64,000 bases of DNA, taken from positions 147,454 through 211,453 of the forward strand of contig CAZQFB010000001.1 of the NCBI GenBank assembly GCA_964592525.1, in the 5' to 3' direction. Source of the DNA: an uncultured Candidatus Saccharibacteria bacterium (GTDB lineage: Bacteria > Patescibacteriota > WWE3 > CAZQFB01). A program made the translations under genes and the position numbers. Below, piece after piece: positions 8,349 through 18,260 of this stretch. The notes under the pieces are model-generated. The model was given only the letters and a program-made list of their open reading frames with translations. It was not told the origin of the DNA and made no database searches. Numbering within the stretch: the first letter of the stretch is position 1; each line of letters opens with the position of its first letter.

Positions 8349-8810
8349 TTAGAACACCTCATAGAATTTCACGGTGTAAGTTACTCCTCTCTCACCATTC
8401 ATCAACACGCCCAGGATATTTTGACTGCGGTCCTTAATATTCACGGGAGTTCTCAACCAGATCACGCCACCAGAAGAAGGGGTACTACCACGGTGGATTA
8501 ACGAGGCTCCTCGGTAGAGATTAGCTGTCATCCGACCTTTGGTGGTAATACGAATGTATTGCGTACCACTTTTGAGGGGGTAATGATTAACCCAGTCCCG
8601 ATCAGTTTTACTGTGGAAATTACCACTTATGGAACTCACCCCATAACAGGAAGAAGCGGTGTTGGGTGTGTTGTTGAGATACTCATCCACAGCTACGTCA
8701 CAATTATTACGCGTGTAGTACTTACTAGCAGCGGCGTTGGTAATTGAAACAGTCGCGCTAAAGATTAAGCTGGTAAGAGCAAGAGCCTTAATTAAAAGCT
8801 TTTTGTTCAC
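8349..8810 (-). CDS. small secreted protein (signal peptide), unknown function
   Basis: 153 aa, N-terminal signal peptide MNKKLLIKALALTSLIFSATVSITNA; promoter with AACCTATAGT spacer upstream (8853-8881). Confidence 0.55.
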   Translation of the reverse strand: MNKKLLIKALALTSLIFSATVSITNAAASKYYTRNNCDVAVDEYLNNTPNTASSCYGVSSISGNFHSKTDRDWVNHYPLKSGTQYIRITTKGRMTANLYRGASLIHRGSTPSSGGVIWLRTPVNIKDRSQNILGVLMNGERGVTYTVKFYEVF

Positions 8811-8947
8811 GTATACTCACCTCCTTGATAGGTTTAATTTTAAGTAGCGGGGATTGTATCATATGACTATAGGTTTATCAAATAAGGAAAAGCCTCCTCT
8901 CGCTTGTGGCAAGAGGAGGCTAGGTCTAGCTACCACAGCGCGGGTAG

Positions 8948-10192
8948 CTAGTGTCGGTAGGAAATGGGCAGATAACTTGCGTAGCGGTTGGGGGGAGGGG
9001 TGTTGGTAGTAGGTAGGCAGTACTGGCTGGCGGGTTGACGCAAGTAGGCTGGCACTTCTGGGTCTTCGTAAATCTCAAAGGTCAGTAGTTGGTTCCACGC
9101 CATATTCCATGGGTTATAGAAGAGCCGGCCGCGCCAGCCTACAACTTCCAAGAACACTTCAACATCCAAGTCATGCCCCCAGTAAAGAAAGGAGCCATCT
9201 GCTTGGCTAACATCTCTCATTACTTCCACGCCATCTGCTAGTCGGACAAATACAACTTGCACTCCGCAGACTCCTCCACCGTTGTACCGATGGAAAACAT
9301 ACCCGAATTTAAGTTCGGGAGTACCGGTAGGGCTGGGAGTGAGGCTGGGGCTGTGGGTAGGGGCGCTGGTGTTACTAGGGGTAGTGGTAGTGCTGGGGCT
9401 AGCCGTCCAGGTCGGGGTACTGGTCAAGCTTGGTGTTGGGGTAGCAGAGGGTGTCACTGAACTGGTCACGCTGGCAGTGCTAGTAGGGGTCAGGGTGACG
9501 GTGACACTGGGCGTAGTGGTAGCGCTGGGGCTAGCCGTCCAGGTCGGGGTACTGGTCAGACTCGGTGTTACGGTAGCAGAGGGTGTCAGTGAACTGGTCA
9601 CGCTGGCGGTGCTAGTAGGGGTCAGGGTGACGGCGACACTGGGCGTAGTGCTAGCGCTAGGGCTAGCCGTCCAGGTCGGGGTACTGGTCAGACTCGGTGT
9701 TAGGGTAGCGGAGGGTGTCAGTGAACTAGTCACACTAGGAGTGCTGGTAGATGAGGGGCTGGCGCTAGGGGTGTTGGTTGGAAGTAGGGGTTCCTCTTCA
9801 CAAAGCAGCAACACTTGATCCTGGAAGCAAGTTTCCCGCACAATGGGAAGATGAGCTCGACAATAACTGGGAGCTACGACCCATAAAGCGGCTAATTGAC
9901 CTTCTACCACCGGTGGACCGTCGAACTTAAACGCACCTCTGTCCGAAGTCCAGGTGGTGGTAACGTAATTAGCGCCACCACTCGGGGGAAAGAGGTTAAA
10001 CTCAATCCCAAACAGGGCGACTTGGGTATGACTCAAGGGAAACAAGGGACAGGTGGGGCACCAAGTGCCATACACAGTACCCGTGACACAGCCTTCTACT
10101 TGGTTGGGCGTGGCTCTGGCCGTTGGCAAACACACGAAACCCATCACCAGTAGCACTGTCACAACTGTGGTTACCTGTAACCAGCGGTTCAT
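8948..10192 (-). CDS. secreted Ser/Thr/Pro-rich repeat surface protein with C-terminal beta-sandwich-like domain
   Basis: Signal peptide from ATG 10192 (AGGAAG RBS); three 44-aa tandem repeats (SLTPSATxTPSLTSTPTWTASPS...); GC-rich; track ORF extends to 10225. Confidence 0.65.
   Translation of the reverse strand: MNRWLQVTTVVTVLLVMGFVCLPTARATPNQVEGCVTGTVYGTWCPTCPLFPLSHTQVALFGIEFNLFPPSGGANYVTTTWTSDRGAFKFDGPPVVEGQLAALWVVAPSYCRAHLPIVRETCFQDQVLLLCEEEPLLPTNTPSASPSSTSTPSVTSSLTPSATLTPSLTSTPTWTASPSASTTPSVAVTLTPTSTASVTSSLTPSATVTPSLTSTPTWTASPSATTTPSVTVTLTPTSTASVTSSVTPSATPTPSLTSTPTWTASPSTTTTPSNTSAPTHSPSLTPSPTGTPELKFGYVFHRYNGGGVCGVQVVFVRLADGVEVMRDVSQADGSFLYWGHDLDVEVFLEVVGWRGRLFYNPWNMAWNQLLTFEIYEDPEVPAYLRQPASQYCLPTTNTPPPNRYASYLPISYRH
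9395..9790. repeat. 3 x 132 bp in-frame tandem repeat inside CDS 8948..10192
   Basis: ggggctagccgtccaggtcggggtactggtca... recurs at 9395, 9527 and about 9659. Confidence 0.85.
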
Positions 10193-10320
10193 GACAACTC
10201 TTCCTTTCGGGTTGTTAAGGTTCAATATTCGTACTCCGATTATGCTTATAACCGGGCGCTGTAGTACGAAGACACGCCATTATACCACAAGACTATAAGT
10301 TATTATGGGGCTGGTATAAT

Positions 10321-11205
10321 TTGAGTATGTTTGGTGATGATTTTAAGCAGCAGGTTTCAGGGCTGTGGGCTGATTTGAAGCTGACTTCCGACCAGCTTAG
10401 TACTAGTTTAGGGCGTTTAGCCTTAAATAATAGTGCTGATGTGATTGATTATGAGTATCAGCTCCCCAGTGGTGTTTACTTACGTAATCTTAATTCTTCT
10501 TATGATAATCCCTTTACGCATCGTCACTTAGCGATATCTGGGCGTTTGTTGCTCATACCCGACCAGGGTTTGGTGTTGCTGCCGACCGATAAGACACAGA
10601 GTTGGTGGTTAACTCATGTTTGGCAGCAGAGCTTTTGGGAGTGGGAGATTAGTTCTAAGTGCTTGTCGGTGTGGCAAGTCAAGAGACTGGCTTTGGGGGA
10701 GCAAAAACCTTTAGTGGTAATCCAAAAAGAGATCGTGGTTACTATGACGGGGATTACTTTTTCATTGCAAACGCTGGTTTTAGGGCAAGTGTGGGTGATC
10801 CAGAAATGGAATTATCAAGCTGACCAAACCACAGCGGTGGAGTATCTACAATCTGCACCTTATGTGGTTGGGGCAAAACTAGGGGTACTGAACGAGTATC
10901 CGGAGCAGACGCCCATTGAAATTTTAGAAATTCAAAAAGATAGCTCTTCTTTAGGAAGATTTGTGGTCAAAGGTTCAGGACCGCAAAAGTTATCCGAGTC
11001 TCATGTGTCTTTGTTTATTAATCGGGCTAAGTTACTGGAGATAGAGGCTCCGGTTTTATTTACAGCGCTCAATAAGTTACCAGAGTATTCTTTGGAGCAA
11101 GCTTGGGCTTATGTCCAGGCAGCTAAAAGCGAAGCGCTGAAATTTATCGCGCCTTACGTTGAGTCTGCTCCTCAAGAGCGCTATACTACAAGTACTAACT
11201 TATGA
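10321..11205 (+). CDS. hypothetical protein
   Basis: 294 aa ORF, no recognised domain; 4-nt overlap (ATGA) with next gene. Confidence 0.45.
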   Translation: MSMFGDDFKQQVSGLWADLKLTSDQLSTSLGRLALNNSADVIDYEYQLPSGVYLRNLNSSYDNPFTHRHLAISGRLLLIPDQGLVLLPTDKTQSWWLTHVWQQSFWEWEISSKCLSVWQVKRLALGEQKPLVVIQKEIVVTMTGITFSLQTLVLGQVWVIQKWNYQADQTTAVEYLQSAPYVVGAKLGVLNEYPEQTPIEILEIQKDSSSLGRFVVKGSGPQKLSESHVSLFINRAKLLEIEAPVLFTALNKLPEYSLEQAWAYVQAAKSEALKFIAPYVESAPQERYTTSTNL

Positions 11206-12332
11206 GTGATGATGCTATAGACCTAAATGGTCAATTACCAACCGAACCTTCTGCCAATGAGTATCAGGAGGTTCCCGAGATTCCTGCGACTGAAGCTGAT
11301 AATGCTAATTTGGCTGCGGATCCTACTCGTTTAGCTTCCTTGGTGGAAGCTGAAGATGGTATCGCGCCGGCTTTTGGTCAAACAACGGGTTATTCTGGGG
11401 TAGGTGCCACCATGGAGGAAGCAGTTGAGCCCACCGTCTCTTATGAGGCTGATGTGGAAGAGGATCCTTCTGGTGTAAATGTGGAGAGTACTAATCCTGT
11501 GGCTCCGGAAGATAAAGTTTTGCACAAAAGATCACGTTTGCTCCATCTGCTATTAAGTCTGGTGATTGTCTTGCTGGTGGTAGGTGGGGCTGCCGCGGCT
11601 GCTTATTGGTATTCCAAGAGTGATTCTACTTTTATTAAACTGCCTAAATTACCTTTTGTGAGTGAGCCAGAAGCGGAGGTAGAGAAGGTGGTGGAGGCGG
11701 AACCTTTAGTACCAGAAGAGCCAGCAGTGACACCACCAAAAGAAACACCGGTGCTGGATACTAAGTTGGATGGCCCTTTTGATGAAAGGGTAGAAGATGA
11801 GCAAACTAAAGGTGGGGTGGAAGTAACCCCCAAACAAGAAGAAGTGGTGGTGCCTCCTCCCGCTGGTAAGGCGGTTGAAGGTTGGAAAAAATATCTTAGT
11901 CAAAGCTGGGGATACAGCTTTTTTTACCCACCAGAGTGGTATCTTTATCCTCGTGATTCTGGGTTGTTAGGGGAATCTACCATGGTCGCTTCGTCGCCTT
12001 TAGCCTCTTTGGATAATAATATTGGAGCTCATACAGTACGCTCCGGTAATATCTTGGTGGCGGTGGGCGTATTGACGGAGGATTATTCAGCGGAACAATC
12101 TTTGCTGGATTATATTAAAAATAACGCTTCTTTATATGGCTTTTCTTCTTCGGTAATAAAGAAAATTGACGGGCGTAGTTTTGTACGGTCAGTGGCTGTG
12201 GGTGGGGTTACCCACTACCATATTAATTCTGGTCGAAGGATATATTTTGTTTCTATTAAACCCGAGGAGTTAAGTCCAACATTAGAAGAAACCGTGGAAA
12301 AACTACTGACCAGTGTGTCTTTTAACCAGTAG
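11202..12332 (+). CDS. hypothetical membrane-anchored protein (acidic N-terminus, single TM, extracytoplasmic domain)
   Basis: 376 aa; TM LLHLLLSLVIVLLVVGGAAAAAYWY; translationally coupled to upstream ORF. Confidence 0.5.
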   Translation: MSDDAIDLNGQLPTEPSANEYQEVPEIPATEADNANLAADPTRLASLVEAEDGIAPAFGQTTGYSGVGATMEEAVEPTVSYEADVEEDPSGVNVESTNPVAPEDKVLHKRSRLLHLLLSLVIVLLVVGGAAAAAYWYSKSDSTFIKLPKLPFVSEPEAEVEKVVEAEPLVPEEPAVTPPKETPVLDTKLDGPFDERVEDEQTKGGVEVTPKQEEVVVPPPAGKAVEGWKKYLSQSWGYSFFYPPEWYLYPRDSGLLGESTMVASSPLASLDNNIGAHTVRSGNILVAVGVLTEDYSAEQSLLDYIKNNASLYGFSSSVIKKIDGRSFVRSVAVGGVTHYHINSGRRIYFVSIKPEELSPTLEETVEKLLTSVSFNQ

Positions 12333-12350
12333 CAGAAAGATGGGGGGTAT

Positions 12351-12932
12351 ATGAATTCAGAAAAACACGTTGAACAACGAGTTGGGGTTTTTGTTGATGT
12401 TTCTAATATGTATTACAGTGCCAAAAACCTTCATGGTAGTAAGGTTGATTTTGGTAAGGTACTGAAAGAAGCCACCTCGGGCAGAAAATTAATCCGTGCT
12501 TTAGCTTATGTAATTAAAGCGGATATTGACCAAGAACAAGATTTTTTTAACGCGTTGAGCAAACAGGGTTACGAGGTAAAAGCTAAAGATCTGCAGATCT
12601 TTATTGGTGGTGCTAAAAAGGGTGATTGGGATGTGGGCATTTCAGTGGATGCTATTAAACTAGCTGATAAGCTTGATGTGATTGTGCTCGTTACCGGTGA
12701 TGGTGATTTTGTTCCTTTGGTTGAGTATCTACAACACAATAAAGGTTGTCGGGTGGAAGTAGTGGCCTTTGGTAAAACCACCTCCTCGCTATTACTGGGA
12801 GTAACCGATGATTTTGTTGATCTGGACCATGATCCCAAAAAGTATCTCATGCCGGTTAGGAAAACAGGGACCATGACTCGCAAAACCGCTCATCCGCGAG
12901 AATCGGTTGAAGGCTTCTCCCCCAGAGGATAG
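12351..12932 (+). CDS. NYN/LabA-like domain protein
   Basis: VGVFVDVSNMYYS...VIVLVTGDGDFVPLV matches the NYN (LabA) fold. Confidence 0.65.
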   Translation: MNSEKHVEQRVGVFVDVSNMYYSAKNLHGSKVDFGKVLKEATSGRKLIRALAYVIKADIDQEQDFFNALSKQGYEVKAKDLQIFIGGAKKGDWDVGISVDAIKLADKLDVIVLVTGDGDFVPLVEYLQHNKGCRVEVVAFGKTTSSLLLGVTDDFVDLDHDPKKYLMPVRKTGTMTRKTAHPRESVEGFSPRG

Positions 12933-12951
12933 ATGGTAAACTCAAGGCAAG

Positions 12952-14685
12952 ATGAGAAAATATTTGTTGTTAGGTTTTGCTGTGGTGGTTGTGCTTTTGT
13001 TATTAGCCAGTGCTGCAGTGGCAGCTTTTTATTTGGCTTATCGAGGCAAGATTTTACCGGGGGTGAGTCTTAACTCACTGCCTCTGGAGAATCGAACCGT
13101 AAGTATCACGGTGCCTTTGGTGGAAAAATACCTTTCCGTTTATCAGCACCAAAAACTACCCTTACAGCTTAATGAGCAAGTGGTGCTCTTGACTCCTAGT
13201 GAGGTTGGTTTTATTTATGATGCTCGTCAAACTTGTGAGCTGGCTTACCGGGTGGGTAGAACCGGTAGTTTGGCGAAAAGACTCCGTGAAGCTTACCTCG
13301 CCTATCGTTACGGGATAGATCTGTTACCCCCATACCAGCTTGAAGTTTCTCGTTTATCTTCTTATGTCCAAGCACTAGCATCTAGATACGACCAACCACC
13401 GCGAGATGCTGGTTTTATTTTGCAAAATGGTCGTCTGGAAGTAACTTCTTCCCAGAACGGTTTAATGGTGGAGCAAAGTTCTTTAAAATTAGCGATTACC
13501 TCAAGCTTGGCAAATTTAGAGTTTAGACCACTACCGGTTGAGATGGTACTAGTTGAACCAACGGTATCGTCAGTTGCCCTACTAAATTTTAAAGAAGGAG
13601 TGGCAGAACTGATGCGCACGCCTATCCAGTTTGCGTATCAGGAGCAGCTTTGGACACCTTCGCCCGAGGAGATTCTCTCTTTTTTGAAAGTGGGACCAAG
13701 TGAGCTGGGTGACAGTTTAAAGTTAGGTATTAACCAGCAGTCCGTTGAGGAGTATCTGCAGAAAATCAAACCAGCGATTGAAGTGACGGCGGATGCAGGT
13801 GTGTTTGAGTTGAACAATGATCGGGTGGTTAAGTTTGCTTTCCCTCGGGATGGGGTAACGGTGGATGTGGCAGCAACAAGCGCTCTTTTGCACCAAACCA
13901 TCAGCGGTGAAAGGGGGGCTTTAGTGATTGATATTGCCGTCATCATCACCAAAGCGCCAGGCTTGGCTAATGATTATGGCATTCGTGATTTATTAGGCGA
14001 GGGTGTTACTCAATACCGTGGTTCTATCGCTGGTCGGGTGCATAACATTGGCTTGGCTTCCCAGAGGGTGCGTGGGGTGTTAGTGCCACCCGGTGAGGTG
14101 TTTTCCTTTAACGCTAACGTGGGTGAAATTACGGCAGCGACTGGTTATGACCAAGCCTATATTATTTCGGAGCGGAAAACGGTGCTGGGTACGGGTGGGG
14201 GGGTATGTCAAGTTTCCACAACTTTGTATAAAGCTGCTTTGGCAGCGGGGCTGGAGATAGTGCAAAGATATCCTCATTCCTATCGGGTGTCTTATTATGA
14301 ACCAGCGGGTATGGATGCTACGGTTTACGCTCCTTCAGTTGATCTACAGTTCAAAAACAATAGTGCGCACCATCTGCTGATTGATTCCGAGTTCAAACCG
14401 GAAGCTTGGGAGTTAATCTTTAGGATTTATGGGACAGACGATGGTAGAGAGGTGCAGATTATTGGTCCCACGGTAACTGTGGGGGGAGCACCGCCAGAAC
14501 CTATTTATCAGGAAGATCCGTCTTTAGCACCGGGTCAAGTGAAACAGGTGGACTTTGCCGCGTGGGGAGCGAAGGCCTATTTTGAAAGGATTGTCACCAG
14601 AGGAGAGGAAGTGCTTATTGAGGAAACAGTGCATACCTCCTATTCCCCTTGGCAAGCGGTGTTTTTGGTGGGTCCTCAAGAATAA
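12952..14685 (+). CDS. VanW-family protein
   Basis: N-terminal TM; VanW domain motifs PGEVFSFNANVGEITAATGY, GGGVCQVSTTLYKAALAAGL. Confidence 0.7.
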   Translation: MRKYLLLGFAVVVVLLLLASAAVAAFYLAYRGKILPGVSLNSLPLENRTVSITVPLVEKYLSVYQHQKLPLQLNEQVVLLTPSEVGFIYDARQTCELAYRVGRTGSLAKRLREAYLAYRYGIDLLPPYQLEVSRLSSYVQALASRYDQPPRDAGFILQNGRLEVTSSQNGLMVEQSSLKLAITSSLANLEFRPLPVEMVLVEPTVSSVALLNFKEGVAELMRTPIQFAYQEQLWTPSPEEILSFLKVGPSELGDSLKLGINQQSVEEYLQKIKPAIEVTADAGVFELNNDRVVKFAFPRDGVTVDVAATSALLHQTISGERGALVIDIAVIITKAPGLANDYGIRDLLGEGVTQYRGSIAGRVHNIGLASQRVRGVLVPPGEVFSFNANVGEITAATGYDQAYIISERKTVLGTGGGVCQVSTTLYKAALAAGLEIVQRYPHSYRVSYYEPAGMDATVYAPSVDLQFKNNSAHHLLIDSEFKPEAWELIFRIYGTDDGREVQIIGPTVTVGGAPPEPIYQEDPSLAPGQVKQVDFAAWGAKAYFERIVTRGEEVLIEETVHTSYSPWQAVFLVGPQE

Positions 14686-14688
14686 AGC

Positions 14689-15015
14689 TTATTTTTTGGC
14701 TAGATATACCTGCAGGCAATAAGTAGCCCACGCCGACACTATAGCAAGGTAAATAATGATCACAAACCAGCTAGACAAGATAGAGATGCGACTAAAAGGA
14801 TCATAATAACCCATCCGGAGCAAACCCAGTTTCAGCCAGGAAACTCCGCCTAAGAAATGACCAGCGGTAAACATGAACATTAAGAAAAGGTTATAAGGTT
14901 CCTTTATTTTTTTCACTATCAAATACCAAAGAGAAAACCAGATTAGAGAGCCAAAAATAAAAGCCCAGGGGGAGAGGAGTAGAGCGTAGTAAGCGGGGCT
15001 AGCTTCGTTTACCAC
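14689..15015 (-). CDS. small integral membrane protein (hypothetical)
   Basis: 108 aa, 3 hydrophobic helices. Confidence 0.4.
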   Translation of the reverse strand: MVNEASPAYYALLLSPWAFIFGSLIWFSLWYLIVKKIKEPYNLFLMFMFTAGHFLGGVSWLKLGLLRMGYYDPFSRISILSSWFVIIIYLAIVSAWATYCLQVYLAKK

Positions 15016-15224
15016 CCTTGAGGTTGAGTTCCAGTATTCCTCTCCTTGGCCTAGTAAAGTAAGAGTGCTATCAACGATGGCGGGAAATATCAGGGCAAAA
15101 AATAGGGGTTTTTCTTGATTAGCTTCACAACCATATTATACCCATTATCTTGGGGGTTTATTTAGATGGTGTAAAAAACTACCCCGCGCTTTCGCTTGGG
15201 GTAGGCCAGGCGACAAGCGCGGGG

Positions 15225-16043
15225 TCACATCGTTTCAGGAGCCTTACCTACTCCCAGGTAAGAGCGTTCCTCATAGGAAAAGTCATCACCGATGATGACC
15301 AGAGTGCCTGGGGGAGTCCAGTTGAACAGACGCTCGGCGTCTTTGGGTATCAAATTGATACAGCCATTAGACACGGCTAGGGTACCGAACCGGTAGTGGG
15401 TGGACGTGCCGTGAATTTTGTACAGGTTACCTTGGTAGGTCATCTGGTAGGGAACATCGTTCAACCGATAGTTCCAACCAGTTGCGGCAACGGTACCAAT
15501 CATGTCTTGCCGCTTGATTTTCTTACCGATGGTAAAGGTACCTGCGGGTGTCTTCCAGTCACTAGCACCCCACGCTCCCGTTGAGGTGTAGGTGGCAAGG
15601 TAGAGTTCACTGCCGTTGAGGGCATAAAGCCTCTGCTTGGCTCTATCCACGACAATGCATTTGCCCCCATCTGGGCACGCAAAGTCCAGCTTAGGCGGAT
15701 CTGGTACTGGCAGAGTGTAGCCAGAGTAGATGTAGTTTCCTTCATCTACCTGGAACCAGAGACAGTTATCCTCCTGAAGGCATTCTCCCATCTCGTAGCC
15801 ATAGACCTTGACCCACTCACCCTCTAGGACTTTCTGACGGAAGGGATGAGCTGCGTCGTTACCAACGCGTCTGCCAGGATCCGCGAGTGGGCAGGTTGTG
15901 TCTGCACACTGGTGGATATTCAGGGCGTCTGTGTTGATGACCTCCACCCAAGTACCATGGTTGGCGTATCCTGTGTGTGCCAGAGCAAGACTGGCAACAA
16001 CAGCTAGACCCACACCCAGCAAAGCCACAACTAGTTGACGCAC
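15225..16043 (-). CDS. L,D-transpeptidase (YkuD domain), secreted
   Basis: Signal peptide; catalytic motif HGTSTHYRFGTLAVSNGCINL (HG..S/T...SxGCIRL-like); GC-rich; promoter with AACCTATAGT spacer at 16086-16114. Confidence 0.75.
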   Translation of the reverse strand: MRQLVVALLGVGLAVVASLALAHTGYANHGTWVEVINTDALNIHQCADTTCPLADPGRRVGNDAAHPFRQKVLEGEWVKVYGYEMGECLQEDNCLWFQVDEGNYIYSGYTLPVPDPPKLDFACPDGGKCIVVDRAKQRLYALNGSELYLATYTSTGAWGASDWKTPAGTFTIGKKIKRQDMIGTVAATGWNYRLNDVPYQMTYQGNLYKIHGTSTHYRFGTLAVSNGCINLIPKDAERLFNWTPPGTLVIIGDDFSYEERSYLGVGKAPETM

Positions 16044-16134
16044 TTTCTCTCCTCCTTGAGGATGGTTAGGTTAGACGATGAGCCCATCATAACACTATAG
16101 GTTTTTATGGTCAAGCGGTGGTGGGTGTGGTGAT

Positions 16135-17256
16135 TTAATTATGACTATGTTGTGGCGAGCGAATAACTTCGCTTAAAAATTCTTGTTTTAATTTATTGGC
16201 ATTAAGAATTCGACCCAAGCTTTCAATTTCTCCGGCGATACCAAAAGTGGGGATTCCAGCATAGCAACCAGAGTTAATTAAAAAAGCGCCACCGCCTGAA
16301 TTACCTTGTTCAATTTTGGCGGAGGTGTTGAAGTAGTAAGCGGCTTCAGTTATTTCCTCACTGATAATGCCTTCGGTAGCTGTAAGCACAGGTAAATAAT
16401 CGGTATCATCATCACCACTATAGGAGGGAAAACCCAAAACAAACAAAGCTTCACCGATGGTTAATTGTTCGGTCGTACAGGCTTGGGGAAAGGTGTTGAG
16501 GTCAAGGAAGGTGCTGGGGATGTCTTCCTCATCGCGGTCATCTTCCATGAGGTCAATGCGAGGTTCTGTTAATATTTTAAGCAGGGCAAAATCAATCTCT
16601 GCCATTTCTTCCTCCTCAATCTCTGGGGGGTAAAAAGGCTCAACATAATACCATTCTTTTTCGGTTTCCCCTTGTGCGCCCACAAGACATATGGTTTCCT
16701 CTTGGGCGGTGTCCGTTAAATCTGCCACAACATGATAGTTAGTTAATACAATAAGGTCATCCTTTTCGTTTTTACCAATAACCACTCCTGACCCAAAGCC
16801 ATTAGTAAAACCATCCTTAAAATTAATGCAAATAACTTGAACGACATATTTCTTTTGTTGTTGAATAATCTGCGGTAGTGAAGAGAGATTGGCGCTGCTT
16901 TGGTTAGTGTCGGTCTCAAGCAATTTTAAGAGATAGGCACTTTGGACTTGGAGTGAGTCTTCGGTAGCTTGCAGCTGACCTTCAAAGGATTTTATTTTGG
17001 CTTCAAAGGCGCTTATTTTTGCTTCATAGTTAGCGGCTGTTCCCAGTACTTGTGTGCTGGCTTCCTTTTGCACAGAGGTGGTTGGGGGTGGGGTAGTGCT
17101 TTGAGTGGTGGTTAGCGCTTGATATTTACTTTTGGCTTGATTGGGTTGGATGACCTTTTCATAAGTAATAATGAAGACACTAATCAACACTAAAGAAGTG
17201 ACTATGGCAGAGGCAAAGAGAGCGATCTTGGTTAGGATTGTCTGTTTCATTATCAT
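16135..17256 (-). CDS. trypsin-like (S1 family) serine protease, membrane-anchored
   Basis: N-terminal TM; LTNYHVV His region and GNSGGGAF Ser region in C-terminal half; coiled-coil linker. Confidence 0.65.
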   Translation of the reverse strand: MIMKQTILTKIALFASAIVTSLVLISVFIITYEKVIQPNQAKSKYQALTTTQSTTPPPTTSVQKEASTQVLGTAANYEAKISAFEAKIKSFEGQLQATEDSLQVQSAYLLKLLETDTNQSSANLSSLPQIIQQQKKYVVQVICINFKDGFTNGFGSGVVIGKNEKDDLIVLTNYHVVADLTDTAQEETICLVGAQGETEKEWYYVEPFYPPEIEEEEMAEIDFALLKILTEPRIDLMEDDRDEEDIPSTFLDLNTFPQACTTEQLTIGEALFVLGFPSYSGDDDTDYLPVLTATEGIISEEITEAAYYFNTSAKIEQGNSGGGAFLINSGCYAGIPTFGIAGEIESLGRILNANKLKQEFLSEVIRSPQHSHN

Positions 17257-17459
17257 CGTTAGTATAGCGCAAATAAGCGTAGGGTAAATTTAGCTTGAGG
17301 GTAAATGAGTAGGTGCTTGTTAATTAGAGTCTTTGGGGCTTAAGGCTTTAGTGATGATATTGTGCATGAGGTTTTAAGTCAGAGGTCAAGGGCAAAAGTA
17401 TTTGATAACTTGGGTACGTACAGAAGTCCCGCACCAGAAGTGAGGGACTTTCTGTCACT

Positions 17460-17909
17460 TTATGGTGCGGGTTTTGTTTTGATTTGGGCGTAGAGCCGGA
17501 CGGTGGCTACATGGTAGCCCGCCGCCAAGGCATCCTTTTCCCGTCTCATGTCATCTGCGGTTTCTGGTTGAGAGATGATTTCAAAAGCAACCACTCGCTC
17601 TACCAATACCGCTGGTATTTGTGAGAGCACCTCGGCGATACTTGACTTGAATAAGCCATAATAGCCAAAGGCATGATAGGTGGTAATGTCGGTTATTGGT
17701 ACCAAACCTTCGGCGAGTCGTTCGGCTTGAGGGGCCCAGAGGAAAGATACTTCAAACAAGTCTACTGGTTTGATGTAGTAGAGTTTGCCTCTTTTTGAGC
17801 GGATCAGAGCATCTTTGCCTTTGCGGAATCTGACCACAGGTTTGATTCTACGCGCTAGCTTTTGGATACTGGACTTTGGAGCCTTTGGAATCCAGACCCT
17901 GACTACCAC
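17460..17909 (-). CDS. hypothetical protein (basic N-terminus), GC-rich
   Basis: 149 aa; promoter TTGATA-17-TATAAC with ACCTCATAGT spacer at 17954-17982. Confidence 0.45.
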   Translation of the reverse strand: MVVRVWIPKAPKSSIQKLARRIKPVVRFRKGKDALIRSKRGKLYYIKPVDLFEVSFLWAPQAERLAEGLVPITDITTYHAFGYYGLFKSSIAEVLSQIPAVLVERVVAFEIISQPETADDMRREKDALAAGYHVATVRLYAQIKTKPAP

Positions 17910-18260
17910 GGATATGCCTCCTTGAGTTGGTGACTTGGCTAAGCAGCAGGATTGTTATACCAGACTATGAGGTTATTATCAATTATAGGTATCCTTGCCT
18001 TTTACTCTTTTTTTCTTACTTTTTGGCACGCTTCTGTTTTTATGTCTTGACATATCAGGAGCTGCTTGATAACATCCTCGCACAATTAAATAACAAAGCG
18101 TTTGAAGGGAGTCACGATCCCTAAAGGTTTGCAACCTACGTTGAGAGCCAAAATGCTCTACGGAAGCTTAACCGTAAAAAAAGCAGTCGATGTCACTTAA
18201 TTAAGCGGAGTCGGCCTGAGTGCTTAGGGGAGAAATACTTCTAAGAATTAGGATGGGACC

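Noticed and set aside
8301-8501. 66-aa ORF
   Set aside because: Starts inside the putative terminator hairpin and overlaps the 3' end of the convergent minus-strand secreted-protein gene
9282-9818. 178-aa plus-strand ORF (GV-rich repeats) and 9257..9460 ORF
   Set aside because: Antisense to the S/T/P-rich repeat gene; the open frame is a by-product of the tandem repeat and GC-rich codon usage
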